From contig NW_026782729.1 of the NCBI RefSeq assembly GCF_031769215.1, positions 62,001 through 126,000 of the forward strand: DNA of 64,000 nt. The letters run 5' to 3'. Each line of letters begins with the position of its first letter. Position 1 is the stretch's first letter. The notes under the pieces are model-generated. The model did not search any database. It was not told the DNA's origin and saw only the letters and a program-made list of their open reading frames with translations. Positions 53,001 to 64,000 of this stretch are shown here, piece by piece. The DNA comes from Ylistrum balloti (lineage: Eukaryota). The position numbers and the translations under genes are program-made.

Positions 53001-56000
53001 GTCCTTTTCAACCACCATCAGTAAAATGGATAAAACAAAATCTTACAGTAACACACTAAGTTGATTGCATCATATAACTTAGATTGCATGAGAAATTACA
53101 TAATAACATATGACAGGCAGCAACAGAACATCCAAGAAGGAAATTCATACACATGTATTTGTTCAAGTAAATGTCAAATCTGTCTTTTCAGACCTGCTAT
53201 GTGGTGTAGAGGCAGTCTGTGCTGGAGAACACTTTCAATGGCATTGACAAGATACAAACCATAGGCTAATACGATTACAGGTGGTAATGATGCCTTTTCC
53301 AACTTATGGCACAACTTACAAGACAACCTGAAATTGATTATAAGGAGGAAAAATAGGGAAAGTTGGCAGTTATCCCTAACACAATCATCAGGACGGTAAA
53401 TCATCCTTGTCCATCATCTAATGCTTGCCCATTTTTAGAATCCAACCCCCTAAAAAGGGGCAGCCCAAATCCTCTCCTGAAGTTCAACTGCAAAGTCTGT
53501 GGCTATGTTATGTTCAGTCACTTTGAAAGATGTTAGCAATAAACAGGAGCGATACCTTTCTGTTGTAAAGTTACAGTCTAGAGAATGGAAGAATTGATAT
53601 AATTAAGACCCAGACAAAAGAACTATGTTATGCCCATTAAGTGTGATTCTATAGTTCTAGCACCAAGGGAATCAACAGCCAGGAAAACAGACCTGCACTG
53701 TCATGGCTTACAAAGGAGGTGCACATTTACATCTAGTATCAAGGCACCTTTATATCTAGTATCAAGGAGATGCTTGCCATACGTACTGAGCATTATGCCA
53801 AGAGTGTGTGGCTTTTTAACCTTTCAATCTAGATTTTCTGGCTGTTTTGTGGAGATACCATAATAGCCAGCAACACAGGATGCTGTCGTCATTTCCAATC
53901 CATTTCTACATCAGATGATGGAAGTGGTTGGTCAGAAAATGAACACTTCCTTGCGTTGTCAGGAGGTCAGACCTTCTGGCCACTCTTATCGATTATTTAC
54001 ATTGGCTGTAGTATTTCATCCAGAGATAAATCATAATGATAGGAGAGTTCTGACACTGAATAGAAATCTGGGTAGCAGTTGCTGATATTCTTGTTTCCTT
54101 GACAAAACCCACTTAGTGCTAGATATTGCAGGTACACACAGTATTATGTCATTAATCAGTATTGACAAGCTGGTATAGGTATAAACTGTTAATTATTCCC
54201 AGGGAAATAAAGTGTAATTATTGATGAAAAACCAGCAATATCACACACATCATCAAAGGGGTGGTGCTAAACCTCATCATGGTCTGACGTGTATGTTAGC
54301 ACATAAAGGGTATATAGTGTCAATATATACTGAATATATTTACACGGTGTATGTTTTCTGACCCAATACTACTGACCCATCAACAGCTGTCACAAGCTTA
54401 TACTACTACTGCTACAGCGGTGGTTTATTGACAGTGTTTATCATCACATGTGTTTTGGATTTTGTGTCACAGTCTTCCTCAATGTTATACAATCAACCTT
54501 TGTCATAAAAAATTACCATCCACTATACAAGTGAAGAATGTGGGACGACCTCTTCATAATTACAAAACAAAGACATTAAGTAAAAACACATGCGAAGAGC
54601 ATGCCATGTTATGAAACAGCGGTGATAATAACCTATCATCACATCCTGACGTACAATGTTCTCTGTTGACGACAGTTCAAAAACAATGGGTATGGCGTAA
54701 TGAAGACCCCCTCATACGTAAGAGGTAACAAAACAGCCATTAGTGAAGTATGAAAACATTCCCAGTAATATTTGTAATATTTAGGGATAAGAGGGTGTAC
54801 CAGTCCTCTGACAACAAAATTGCATGGGATCATTTCTTTCAAGTACAAATATCATTTAGACAACATCACACGTGCAAATATGCTAAGTTAAAGGTCAGAG
54901 TGGGTATTAATTTTCGCCAGTGAAGAGAAAACAATTTTTTTTTCCCAGTATGCTCCAAATAATCACATGTAAACAATGTTTTCAACACTTGGGTTTCCTA
55001 AGTAGAATAACAGCACACTTATCAAACAGATAACTTTCATCCCTTACTGTTAGTAGTTGCTGACCATTATCAACAGATGACTTTAACAGATGCTCCTGTT
55101 TGAACTCTACATGAATATTGTTTTTTTTCAGCCTTGTTTCATAGTTCCAGTTCTTGAAACATATACAACTAAAGTCAGCTTATTCAACAGAACTGTTTTC
55201 TGTCACATAATCCTGTAAGTTATTAAGCTTAGATATTAAAATCAATATCAGTTCTACCATCCAGATCGTACAACATAAAAGTAAATCCTTCAAGCATTAC
55301 TGATGTACAGCAGTAACAATCAATATCTATTATTAAAAGTGGCTAGCTGTACTGATATATCCCTTTTTAGTTTAAAGGAACTAACTGTGTTATTATATCT
55401 CATAGTAATTGAAAGAGGCTAGCTGTACTAAAACAACTCACCATATATCATTAACGTCAGTTTTATGATAAAAAATCTACCTATGTATCAGCATCCCCCT
55501 TATAGCGGTATGCCTGGCAGCCACAGTAGCCTCTACCCTCATCATTAAGGTGATAAGAACTATGTAGTAACACCTAATATTGCTGAAGTGACAGATGCCC
55601 CTACCAGATCACCAATACACCCTTCACTCCTTACTAATACAACAAAATCATCAGGTCAGTCCCCTTAATTAATCACCCTTAATTTAGCTTGTTAGTATTG
55701 ATAATAATTTGAATACACATTATCGTATGTCTCAATGACTCCTCAGCTAACAAGATCTTGGGTTATAAAGAGCATTTCCAATACAGAACAGCGGGCTAAA
55801 TTTCTATTTCCAACACACTCTACTCAGACCCACTTATATCAACAAGACATGAACTCCAGGTCAACTTTAGCTTATAACTGTATTCTAAATGTTTATTGAT
55901 TATTTTCAATAGAAGATCAATACAGAATATCTACTGAAGTTTAAGTAAAAGCAATATGAAAGTCTGATACACAAGGATTGAGATATCATATGATACTCCT

Positions 56001-57771
56001 GGCCAATATCATTTGTTATGTGTCAGGGGATGATAGGCAAAAGAGGAAAACAAATGCTGGAAACCTGTTCCAGAAATATCTCTGCAGCAGCTGAGATAAA
56101 ATGATCTATAAATTACACAAAAGACGTCACTGAATAACAAGACAGACAGACCATCACAGGGGAACATTTACATTCCAAATATAAAGTTAAGTATAGGCAA
56201 CAAACAGAAATGTCTTCCATCAGCACACCCTGCTCGTCACTGCAGACAAGTGCTGCAGTTAAAGGTCTCAAGTGTCCCAGTAAACCTGCTGTATAATAAT
56301 GGTCTCTACTGGAAAAATCTTCCCATATCTGGGATGCTGAAACAATCTATTTAATCTGAAAGGGCTAGTTTTCCATCTGTTAGTAAACCCACTGCACTCT
56401 CCACTCTACATTCTCCTATATCTTTATTTACACCAATAATCACATCTAACCATCTTCTCGAACACCTAAACCCATCGGTAATGTGAGGCAGGTTCTGTGG
56501 AAGGAAGGATTTGATGTATAAATGAATCTTTTTTTATTTATAAAGCTATCAACCAAGACACCCTGTAAATTCTGTAGCAGTACGCCTAGTAAGATGCAAC
56601 AGATGGGCTGGAGTGAAGTGATAAAGGGCCACCGTACCCTCACTCTTCGAAAGACAATTACAGGCCTGGCCAGGGATGGTTAAGACAGTAATGTCTGATA
56701 AAGTGCTTGATACATTTTTTATCTACGTCTTGTGATAAAATGATTTAATGATTGTTATATTTCATTGTGATTGTACTTTTCTATTGAAACAATACCTACT
56801 ACCGGTAAGAAGAAAATACTACAAGGTGATAGAATTGCTTTGATGACATGCATTTGATCCTTCTGATGTAGCTACCTTGGTATGTAGTTTATGTGATTAT
56901 CATACAAACTGCCTAGTGTTGTTGCGCTTACATCCCTACCAGATAGAATGTGCAGTAATTTGTTAACATTTACATTAGCATTATCAAGTATCTGAATATG
57001 TAAACTGACCCTCATGTAACACAGCTCTAGTCTGAACAAGAAATATGTTACCATTGGCATTTTTATCCCGTGTGTTTGAACACATACCATTACATTATAC
57101 ATATATAAAAAGTATGTAAGTCAAAATAATATACAGAAGATAGAGCTATTTCTATTGATCTCAATGGATGTTGTAAAACAACCTGAAATCAATACGGGAC
57201 AGAAATATGATGAAGTTCCCACAGTAAAAATGGAAAACATATCCATCAAGTTCACTGGTTTCCTAAATGCATACAATATCTGTAACCAGTTGATCTGTGA
57301 TGGATCAACTCAGGAACACTACTCCTGTAAACGCTTCATTAAAGTATCACTTTTGTCATCTATCATCTTAGAAAAAAATGATTGTAGTATCGTTCTCGGA
57401 ACTGTTACTGCCTTGAGGAGATTTTAACAGTCAAAATCATTTTAATGCGCAAACTGCTTAAAAGTTATTACAGGCTATATAGCATTGTATAGTGTGATTC
57501 AACAATAGAGAAATGGTATGGTAAAGCTATGATAATGATTTACAGATGCTAAAGACTATCTCTTTATATACATAAATTGCTAAACCTATCTGGACAATGA
57601 ACCTATAACATAGGCAATTGACTGTCAAAAGCACTGAGCTGGCAGTTAGCTTGATTGCCTGTACCAGTAAACAGGGGAATTACTGTATCTCTAGCAAGGA
57701 ATGCTCCCTCCTTGCCTTACCAAATAGTTAGCAAACTTATCTATATAAGAAAACTTTTCCAGTATTGCAAA

Positions 57772-57989
57772 AAGTTTAGGTTTATTGTTGCTTTACATCC
57801 TATCAACAGCTACTGTCCCTTAAGGATGTGCCAGGTTTGGACATTGGAGGAGGAAAGCCCTGGAGAAAAACCACCAACCTCTACCAATACCTGGCGACTG
57901 CCCCATGTAGGCCACGAACCTGTGACACAGAGTAGGAGGGTTAGTGATGAAGACAGTCAAATGCCTTAAACACTAAACCACTGCAGCCC
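57772..57989 (-). mobile_element. tRNA-derived SINE, full length but diverged (about 218 bp)
   Basis: Minus strand: head GGGCTGCAGTGGTTTAGTGTTTAAGG (box A), GGTTCGTGGCC (box B), central GGTGGTTTTTCTCCAGGG-CTTTCCTCCTCC resembling the conserved core domain of metazoan SINEs, and tail GCTGTTGATAGGATGTAAAGCAACAATAAACCTAAAC. Confidence 0.8.
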
Positions 57990-59384
57990 GTGTATTGCAA
58001 CAAGTTAGAGTATTTAGCAAATAAAGTTTTAATGAGAATTCCTCTCTAGTATCAATATGTTTTTCTTGTCACTAATTAATTATTATTTTGTGCATGATAG
58101 AAACTCCAATCTCAACAACAGTCCTTGTTCCTTAACAGTCACAATGCATATTGGGGTACCACAATGCACTCTGAGAGAGATTGAAAAAACTCCTTTACTA
58201 TTAAATAAAGTATGAGAATATATTTCCTCTATATCAAAGCTAACTTACTAATGTTTCAATGCCTCTAAGCAAGCTGTGATAGTAAAGATTTAAAGCTTGC
58301 ACACATATTGAAAATACACAGACCTGAGAATGTTTCTAGAAACAAATGTTTCTGTAATGAAATGTTCTGGTGCTTACTCTCTAGCAGTAAAAATACTGTA
58401 ATGTTGGGCAAAGCCTATAAAGTCGATGTCTGAAACTCTTCATTAAATTAACAGTCTCCTGCAGACACGCCAAATAATGACAGCAACGTCTACAAAAGTA
58501 TTATTACTTGCTATTCTTGTAAGAATAAAATGTCGTGTGTATAACACAAGCAAAACTAGATAAGAATAGTCTACTAACTCTTATTATTGAATTATTACTC
58601 TTTCTCGGATTACAAAAAAATGAATGAAAGACTCGGCCTTTATGACATAATCTATTAACATAACCCTCTGTCAACATAAAAAAACCTTAATGAATACAGT
58701 ACATTCAGGCCTCATCAGTATCACCTACATCTTGCTTGGTAGCGATTTTTTTTTAAGTTTTGATACATCCTATATTCCAGGAAGTTTTTGACTCTCACTT
58801 TTTGTCCTCAACATACAATGGCAGTACATTTATCATGATTATAAATACCAGCACACAGCAAGCCATATAAATGCTGGCTAAAGAATCTGTCTGAGCTAGA
58901 ATCCACATCTGAATTAGATTATACGTTATTATTGTCCATATGACAATCTACATATCTCTGTACCCGTTGAATTAAAAGCTATAATGATATTTAGGGTCAC
59001 TATATACAAGTACATATTCACTCAACTGTAAAAAACAACATCACGCTCTAATTTATTCTAGTAGAAAAATAAACTCAAAAGAGTGATCTTTCAGAGATAT
59101 CAATAATTTGACAAAACATGATTTAGCTTTTTGTAGGTCTCATCGTCATCTAGATTTTCATACAAAACATATTTGATTTCCTGTTACACTGAATGGACAT
59201 TAGCCCAATATTCGATAAAATGATGAATTGATCTAGGAGCTTGGACGCCATCAATCTGCTAACAAGACAAACATAGATGTGACTTTACATAAACTTAATG
59301 GCTGGGCTACTCTCTGTGGGCAATACAGAGCCTATATATCTACCAACACTTCTCCCAACTAACACTCCTGCTGGAATGAGCAAC

Positions 59385-59725
59385 ACTTCTAAAGAGGCGA
59401 ATGTCCATCACTTCTACAGGCGGAAATGACCTGCATCTCCATCTACACTCTTCTTTAGGTGCAAATGACCTTCACTTTTATAGGCACATATGACCTTCAA
59501 TTTTACAGGCACAAATGACTGTCACTTCTACAGATGGAAATTACCAACACTTCTAAAGCTGGGAATGACCTATATTTCTATAAGCATGAATGACCTTCTC
59601 TTCTACAGATAAAAATGACAAACACTTAAAGCTTGGAATGACCTTAAATTCTATACTGGGCACAAATGACCTATACTTCTAAAGGTAGGAATGATCTACA
59701 CTTCTATGGGTAGGAATTACCCTCC
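59385..59725. repeat. Degenerate ~25-26-bp minisatellite rich in TGACCT nuclear-receptor half-sites
   Basis: Consensus AAATGACCTTCACTTCTACAGGCAC. TGACCT at about 59428, 59466, 59491, 59566, 59591, 59639 and 59667. Confidence 0.8.
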
Positions 59726-60519
59726 TACCATTAAAACAATGCAAATATCGAATTGATTAACAAGTTTATTATGAGCTAAGCATCCGAAATACAATTATTG
59801 GCCTTTGTACCTCTCAGAAAAGGTCACCTCTATAGAGAAGCTTTGTACAGACAGGTGATAGCAGACCTGGTCTTCACTAAAATAATCAGAGAAAGTGTAG
59901 GTGTTTCTCAATGTAGCATTCAATCTATTTAAAATCTAGGAAATGATGCGAATGGCCACATCATGGATATATGCTAGTGAAAATGTCAACCATTCAACAT
60001 GTTAACAGCATGGTTATTGCAAATAAATGTCAGAACTTCATTCTGCAAAGCCACAAATCACAAGCAGACACCATTAACAGCATCATTGTGATTTATTGAA
60101 ACACCTGCTAAGATCAGGCCTCGCTATTACGACTTCATTCTATACAATTTGGAAGTATAATGAAATATTACTCATGTTCTGAACCTCAAAAAGCATACTG
60201 ATATTTTCTGTATACATTGTTTTGAAAAGATATGTAATTTTTTAAGTCTTTGAAGTTCTATACACTACCATCCAGAAAACAAAAGCTTATTAATAGAAAA
60301 TAAAACCAAGATTCTATCAACAACAATAAAAGTACAGGCAATCATGTTACATTGAGTTGGATGTGTTGGTGTAATTCATTCTAGTGTTTTTTGCAGCATT
60401 GAGAATTGAAACCATATGCTGAATATTATGTAACATCAGAAATAAAAAGAATTTGTGGTTTGTTATACAATTCTCTGAAACTTATATAACATGAGAGTAT
60501 GTTGATGGGAGGTTGTAGC

Positions 60520-61225
60520 ATTTGAGATTTAATAGTGTATGGATGGGAGGTAGTAGCACCAGAGTTAGCTGTGTGTGGATGGCAGTAGAAGCACCAGATT
60601 TAACTGTGTGGATGGAGGTAGAAGCACCAGATTTAACTGTGTGGATGGAGGTAGTAGCACCAGATTTAACTGTGTGTGGATGGAGGTAGAAGCACCGGAT
60701 TTGCCTGTGTGTAGATGGAGGTAGAAGCACCAGATTTAGCTTTGTGTGGATGGAGGTAGAAGCACCAGATTTAACTGTGTCTGGATGAAGGTAGAAGCAC
60801 CAGATTTAACTGTGTCTGGATGGAGGTAGAAGCACCAGATTTAACTGTGTGTGGATGGAGGTAGAAGCACCGGATTTAACTGTGTGTAGATGGAGGTAGA
60901 AGCACCAGATTTAGCTTTGTGTGGATGGAGGTAGAAGCACCAGATTTAACTGTGTCTGGATGAAGGTAGAAGCACCAGATTTAACTGTGTCTGGATGGAG
61001 GTAGAAGCACCAGATTTAACTGTGTGTTGATGGAGGAAGAAGCACCAGATTTAACTGTGTATAGATGGCGGTAGAAGCACCAGAGTTAGCTGTGTGTGGA
61101 TAGAAATAAAAGCATCAGAGTTTACTGTGTGCTTGTGTGTGTGAGGTAGTAGCACCAGTTAATAACATGTGGATAGGAAACAGCAGCATAAGTAAGTTGC
61201 GTGTGAGTGGGAGGTAGTAGCACAA
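60520..61225. repeat. 33/35-bp minisatellite, about 20 copies
   Basis: Unit GCACCAGATTTAACTGTGT(GT)GGATGGAGGTAGAA; explains ORF 60482-60730. Confidence 0.95.
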
Positions 61226-61309
61226 GACAAACTATCAGCACACACAAGACACCACACCATACAATAGAGAGACCTAAAAATCAATGACAATATACTTCCT
61301 TTCAACTAC

Positions 61310-61915
61310 TGATCAAAAGTGACCAGTGAATCAAAAAGGCTAAGTTTGGAATGCACAATGGAGCAAAGAGTCTTCTTTTGGACTGACCAATGAAACAATT
61401 GAGTCTGCTTCTGGACTGACCAATGAAACAATGAGTCTACTTTTGGACTGACCAATGAAACAATGTGTCTGCTTCTGGACTGACCAATGAAACAAAGAAC
61501 TCGCTTCTAGAGTGACTGATGAAGTAAAGTTTATGCTTCTAGAGCGACCAATGAAGTAAGGAGTCTGTATATGGAGTGATCAATGAAACAAAGAATCTAC
61601 TTTGATAGTGACCAATGAAACAATATTCTGCTTCAACAATGACCAGTGAAAAAAAAGTCTGCTTCAACAATGACCAGTGAAACAAAAGTCTGCTTCAACA
61701 ATGACCAGTGAAACAAAAGTCTGCTTCAACAATGACCAATGAAACAAAAGTCTGCTTCAACAAGGACCAGTGAAACAAAAGTCTGCTTCAACAATGACCA
61801 ATGAAACAAAGTCTGCTTCAACAATGACTAATGAGACAAATAATCTGTTTTTTTAGCAACCAAGGAAACAAATAATCTGATTCTTGAAGGACCAATGAAA
61901 CCAAATGTCCAATGA
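61310..61915. repeat. 31-33-bp minisatellite, about 18 copies, two subfamilies, many units with a CCAAT box
   Basis: Left units TCTGCTTCTGGACTGACCAATGAAACAATGAG; right units TCTGCTTCAACAATGACCA(A/G)TGAAACAAAAG. CCAAT at 61387, 61420, 61452, 61484 and later units. Confidence 0.92.
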
Positions 61916-62699
61916 CTCTTAAATATGGCATCCCCTTCTTCTTAGTGTAATGACATGTACAACTCAAACCTTTATCATAATGCATTGTATCTTAAGAACA
62001 AATTAACAAATGCTATCACTGACATCTTGTGACCTAACAATGAGGTAAAACAGAAAGCTGTAAAGGTCTGGTACCATACTTGTTTCCAAAACCTCATACA
62101 TTCCAGTTACAATCCAATGTAACCTTTTCGGAGGAGTCATGCCATGCTTCCAGCACGGGCATTATCTAATCATGCCTGTACATGCAATGCATGGGTATCT
62201 TCAAAAGGATAATTAATTTTGTACAACTGAATCAATGCCGAAAAGAAAGAGCTCTCATAAATATCTGATATTTACGTGACAGTGAGACTTCCAGGACCAA
62301 ACAGCTCCTGGACCAATCGAACAGCTGGCCAAGTCAGCAATGAGTGCTACTTCTTTCCCTGATTTAATTAGCTTCAGATTTGCCCTCAATACATAGAACA
62401 AGCTCACTTACAGTGAGAAAGGTGTCAAATAGTGCCTTTAAACCTTTTCCACTGGCATTGATCAAAAGTGAGAGTTTGTAGAATAAAACAATCCAATGTC
62501 CCAATGGACACCATGTATTAAGTACTCCCTTGAGCACAGTGATTGCCTGATACATACTAAATGCAAAAGGATTATTCTCTTTAAAGAAGCAGATTAACAC
62601 AAGATAGACACTTCCACTAAATCTAATGCTATGAGTCTGGCACTATTACAGTTAATTGTGCACTGATTGAGATTACAACTTCATCACATGTATAAATTC

Positions 62700-63060
62700 A
62701 GAGGTCTACTATATGGAGACCAACTGAAAAGGTTTGTTGTGAATGATTGAAGAAGTCGTAGTGATTAACTCTAGTGTCTGTCAAAAGAATCTACTGTGTA
62801 GTGATTAAATCCTGTGTCTTAAAAGAATCTACTATGGAGTGATTGAGTCTGCTGTATAATGATTAAATGATTTTACAGTGTAAAGATTGAAAGCGTCTAT
62901 TGTGAAATGACTGCAGGAATCTACTGTGTAGTGACTGAGTCTACAGTGTAATGATTGCAGAAGTCTGCTATTTAGTGATTAAATCAAGTGTCTGTTAAAA
63001 AAGTCTACTGTAAAGTGATTGATTCTGATGTGAAGTAATTGAGCTTGTTTAATGATTGGA
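62700..63060. repeat. Old degenerate ~21-25-bp tandem repeat
   Basis: Recurrent (G/A)TCTACTGTGTAGTGATTG-like motif with irregular spacing. Confidence 0.55.
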
Positions 63061-64000
63061 AGAATTATGCAAAATGCCTTGAAATTAACAGGATGTATTG
63101 GGAGATATATGACAATTCCAGTACACTTTTCTTAGTGGCAGACATCTGGATCCACAAATTACTGATGGAAGCTTATGAGGAACACACCAGGCATGAGACT
63201 GCATGCTATCTGTATGCAAATACCCCATAAACTACACACAACTTCTCTCTGCAATCAGATTTATGTTTAAGTTAAAGAAATAACCTGACAGAATACTTTC
63301 TTTTTTGTTTAATTTTCAATACAAAATTACTTTCTAAAAAAAGACTGCCACTCAACAGAATTCAGCCAGTATCCTGTATGCTGAATTGTATTAGATTTGC
63401 TGCTAATAAATCATACTCTACACCACTTCCTTATCTAACACACACTGAGCAAGACAGTTGTGTTGTAGAGTTAAAGTTTACCAGTAGCCACTGCACTTTA
63501 AAACTCAACTTCAGTTTTTGAATTAAGATCAAAGACATAGATTACAAAATGAAACAATGGTGTCAAATTTAAAAAGTCAAGAGGGGGCCATGATAAGAAA
63601 TGACAAGTCCAAGTTACTGGTCCTACTCTTGAAAGGTACTTAGTTTAACATTTTCAATGATTCATATGATCTTGTATAGTGGAATATGTCCATTGTAATA
63701 TATTCATGACCTACCAGGGCATATATTCAGCAGGGCCTAGATACAAGTTACATTATTCTATATGACAAAACTGTAAAATGAATTAATGATAATAAAGAAA
63801 AGCAAATAAATTTTGATTTCTTCTATTTTTGTAAAAAAAAAATTTTCACAGAGCTGCAACTTTGGCAATTTTCAGAAAGAAATTTAACTGACATCAAAGT
63901 TAAACATCAAATCTTCCAACATGCTCATTAGAAAATGGAGGAAATGAAACACAAATTACCATTAACTGCAGTAGGACTGAATGCTAAATAGTTACAACCA

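Noticed and set aside
54869-54897. Isolated CACGTG plus TAAAGGTCA
   Set aside because: Single occurrences are within chance expectation for 64 kb; noted only as a secondary site to test.
57772-57989. Possible tRNA gene (box A/box B)
   Set aside because: No acceptor stem or cloverleaf closure, and it is followed by a SINE core and simple tail, so it is called a SINE.
58695-58725. Minus-strand CTGATGAGGCCTGAAT resembling a hammerhead core
   Set aside because: No loop-closed stem II, GAAT instead of GAAA, and no stem I/III pairing or NUH in position.
61142-61152. TGAGGTAGTAG, identical to the first 11 nt of let-7
   Set aside because: It is a variant of the local GGAGGTAGTAGCACC repeat unit; the match stops at 11 nt and there is no precursor hairpin.
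33355-64000. Search for the ERR first zinc-finger exon (CLVCGD..SGYHYG..SCEACKAFFKRTIQ)
   Set aside because: Candidate segments near 40600, 49150 and 51430 did not translate to the motif in any frame I checked; the exon is presumed to lie outside the window.

Overview
AT-rich, CpG-poor animal genomic DNA with GT-AG spliceosomal introns. The repeat types and the protein sequence point to a mollusc, probably a bivalve (inference). The only protein-coding gene I can support is an estrogen-related receptor (ERR/NR3B) on the minus strand. Five coding exons are present: second zinc finger 33238-33354, CTE/hinge 8805-8921, and ligand-binding domain 8418-8594, 7167-7439 and 5777-6018. They splice in frame through four phase-1 introns, one of them 24.3 kb. 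I could not find the first zinc-finger or N-terminal exons, so they probably lie beyond 64000; the probable 3'UTR lies below 5777. The introns hold about a dozen unrelated 25-43 bp minisatellites, one tRNA-derived SINE and one satellite-bearing MITE/HINE-like element. The long ORFs at 11.2-12.5 kb are repeat artefacts. There is no prokaryotic, CRISPR, rRNA or true tRNA feature. The most notable signals are regulatory: (1) a 173-bp cluster with a perfect D-box, two CACGTG E-boxes 7 bp apart and a perfect CRE, resembling a circadian enhancer; (2) two unrelated tandem repeats carrying ERR response elements (TNAAGGTCA), one also with a RORE, inside the ERR gene itself, a possible autoregulatory loop; (3) two CCAAT-box minisatellites. 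All functional readings are motif-based inference.
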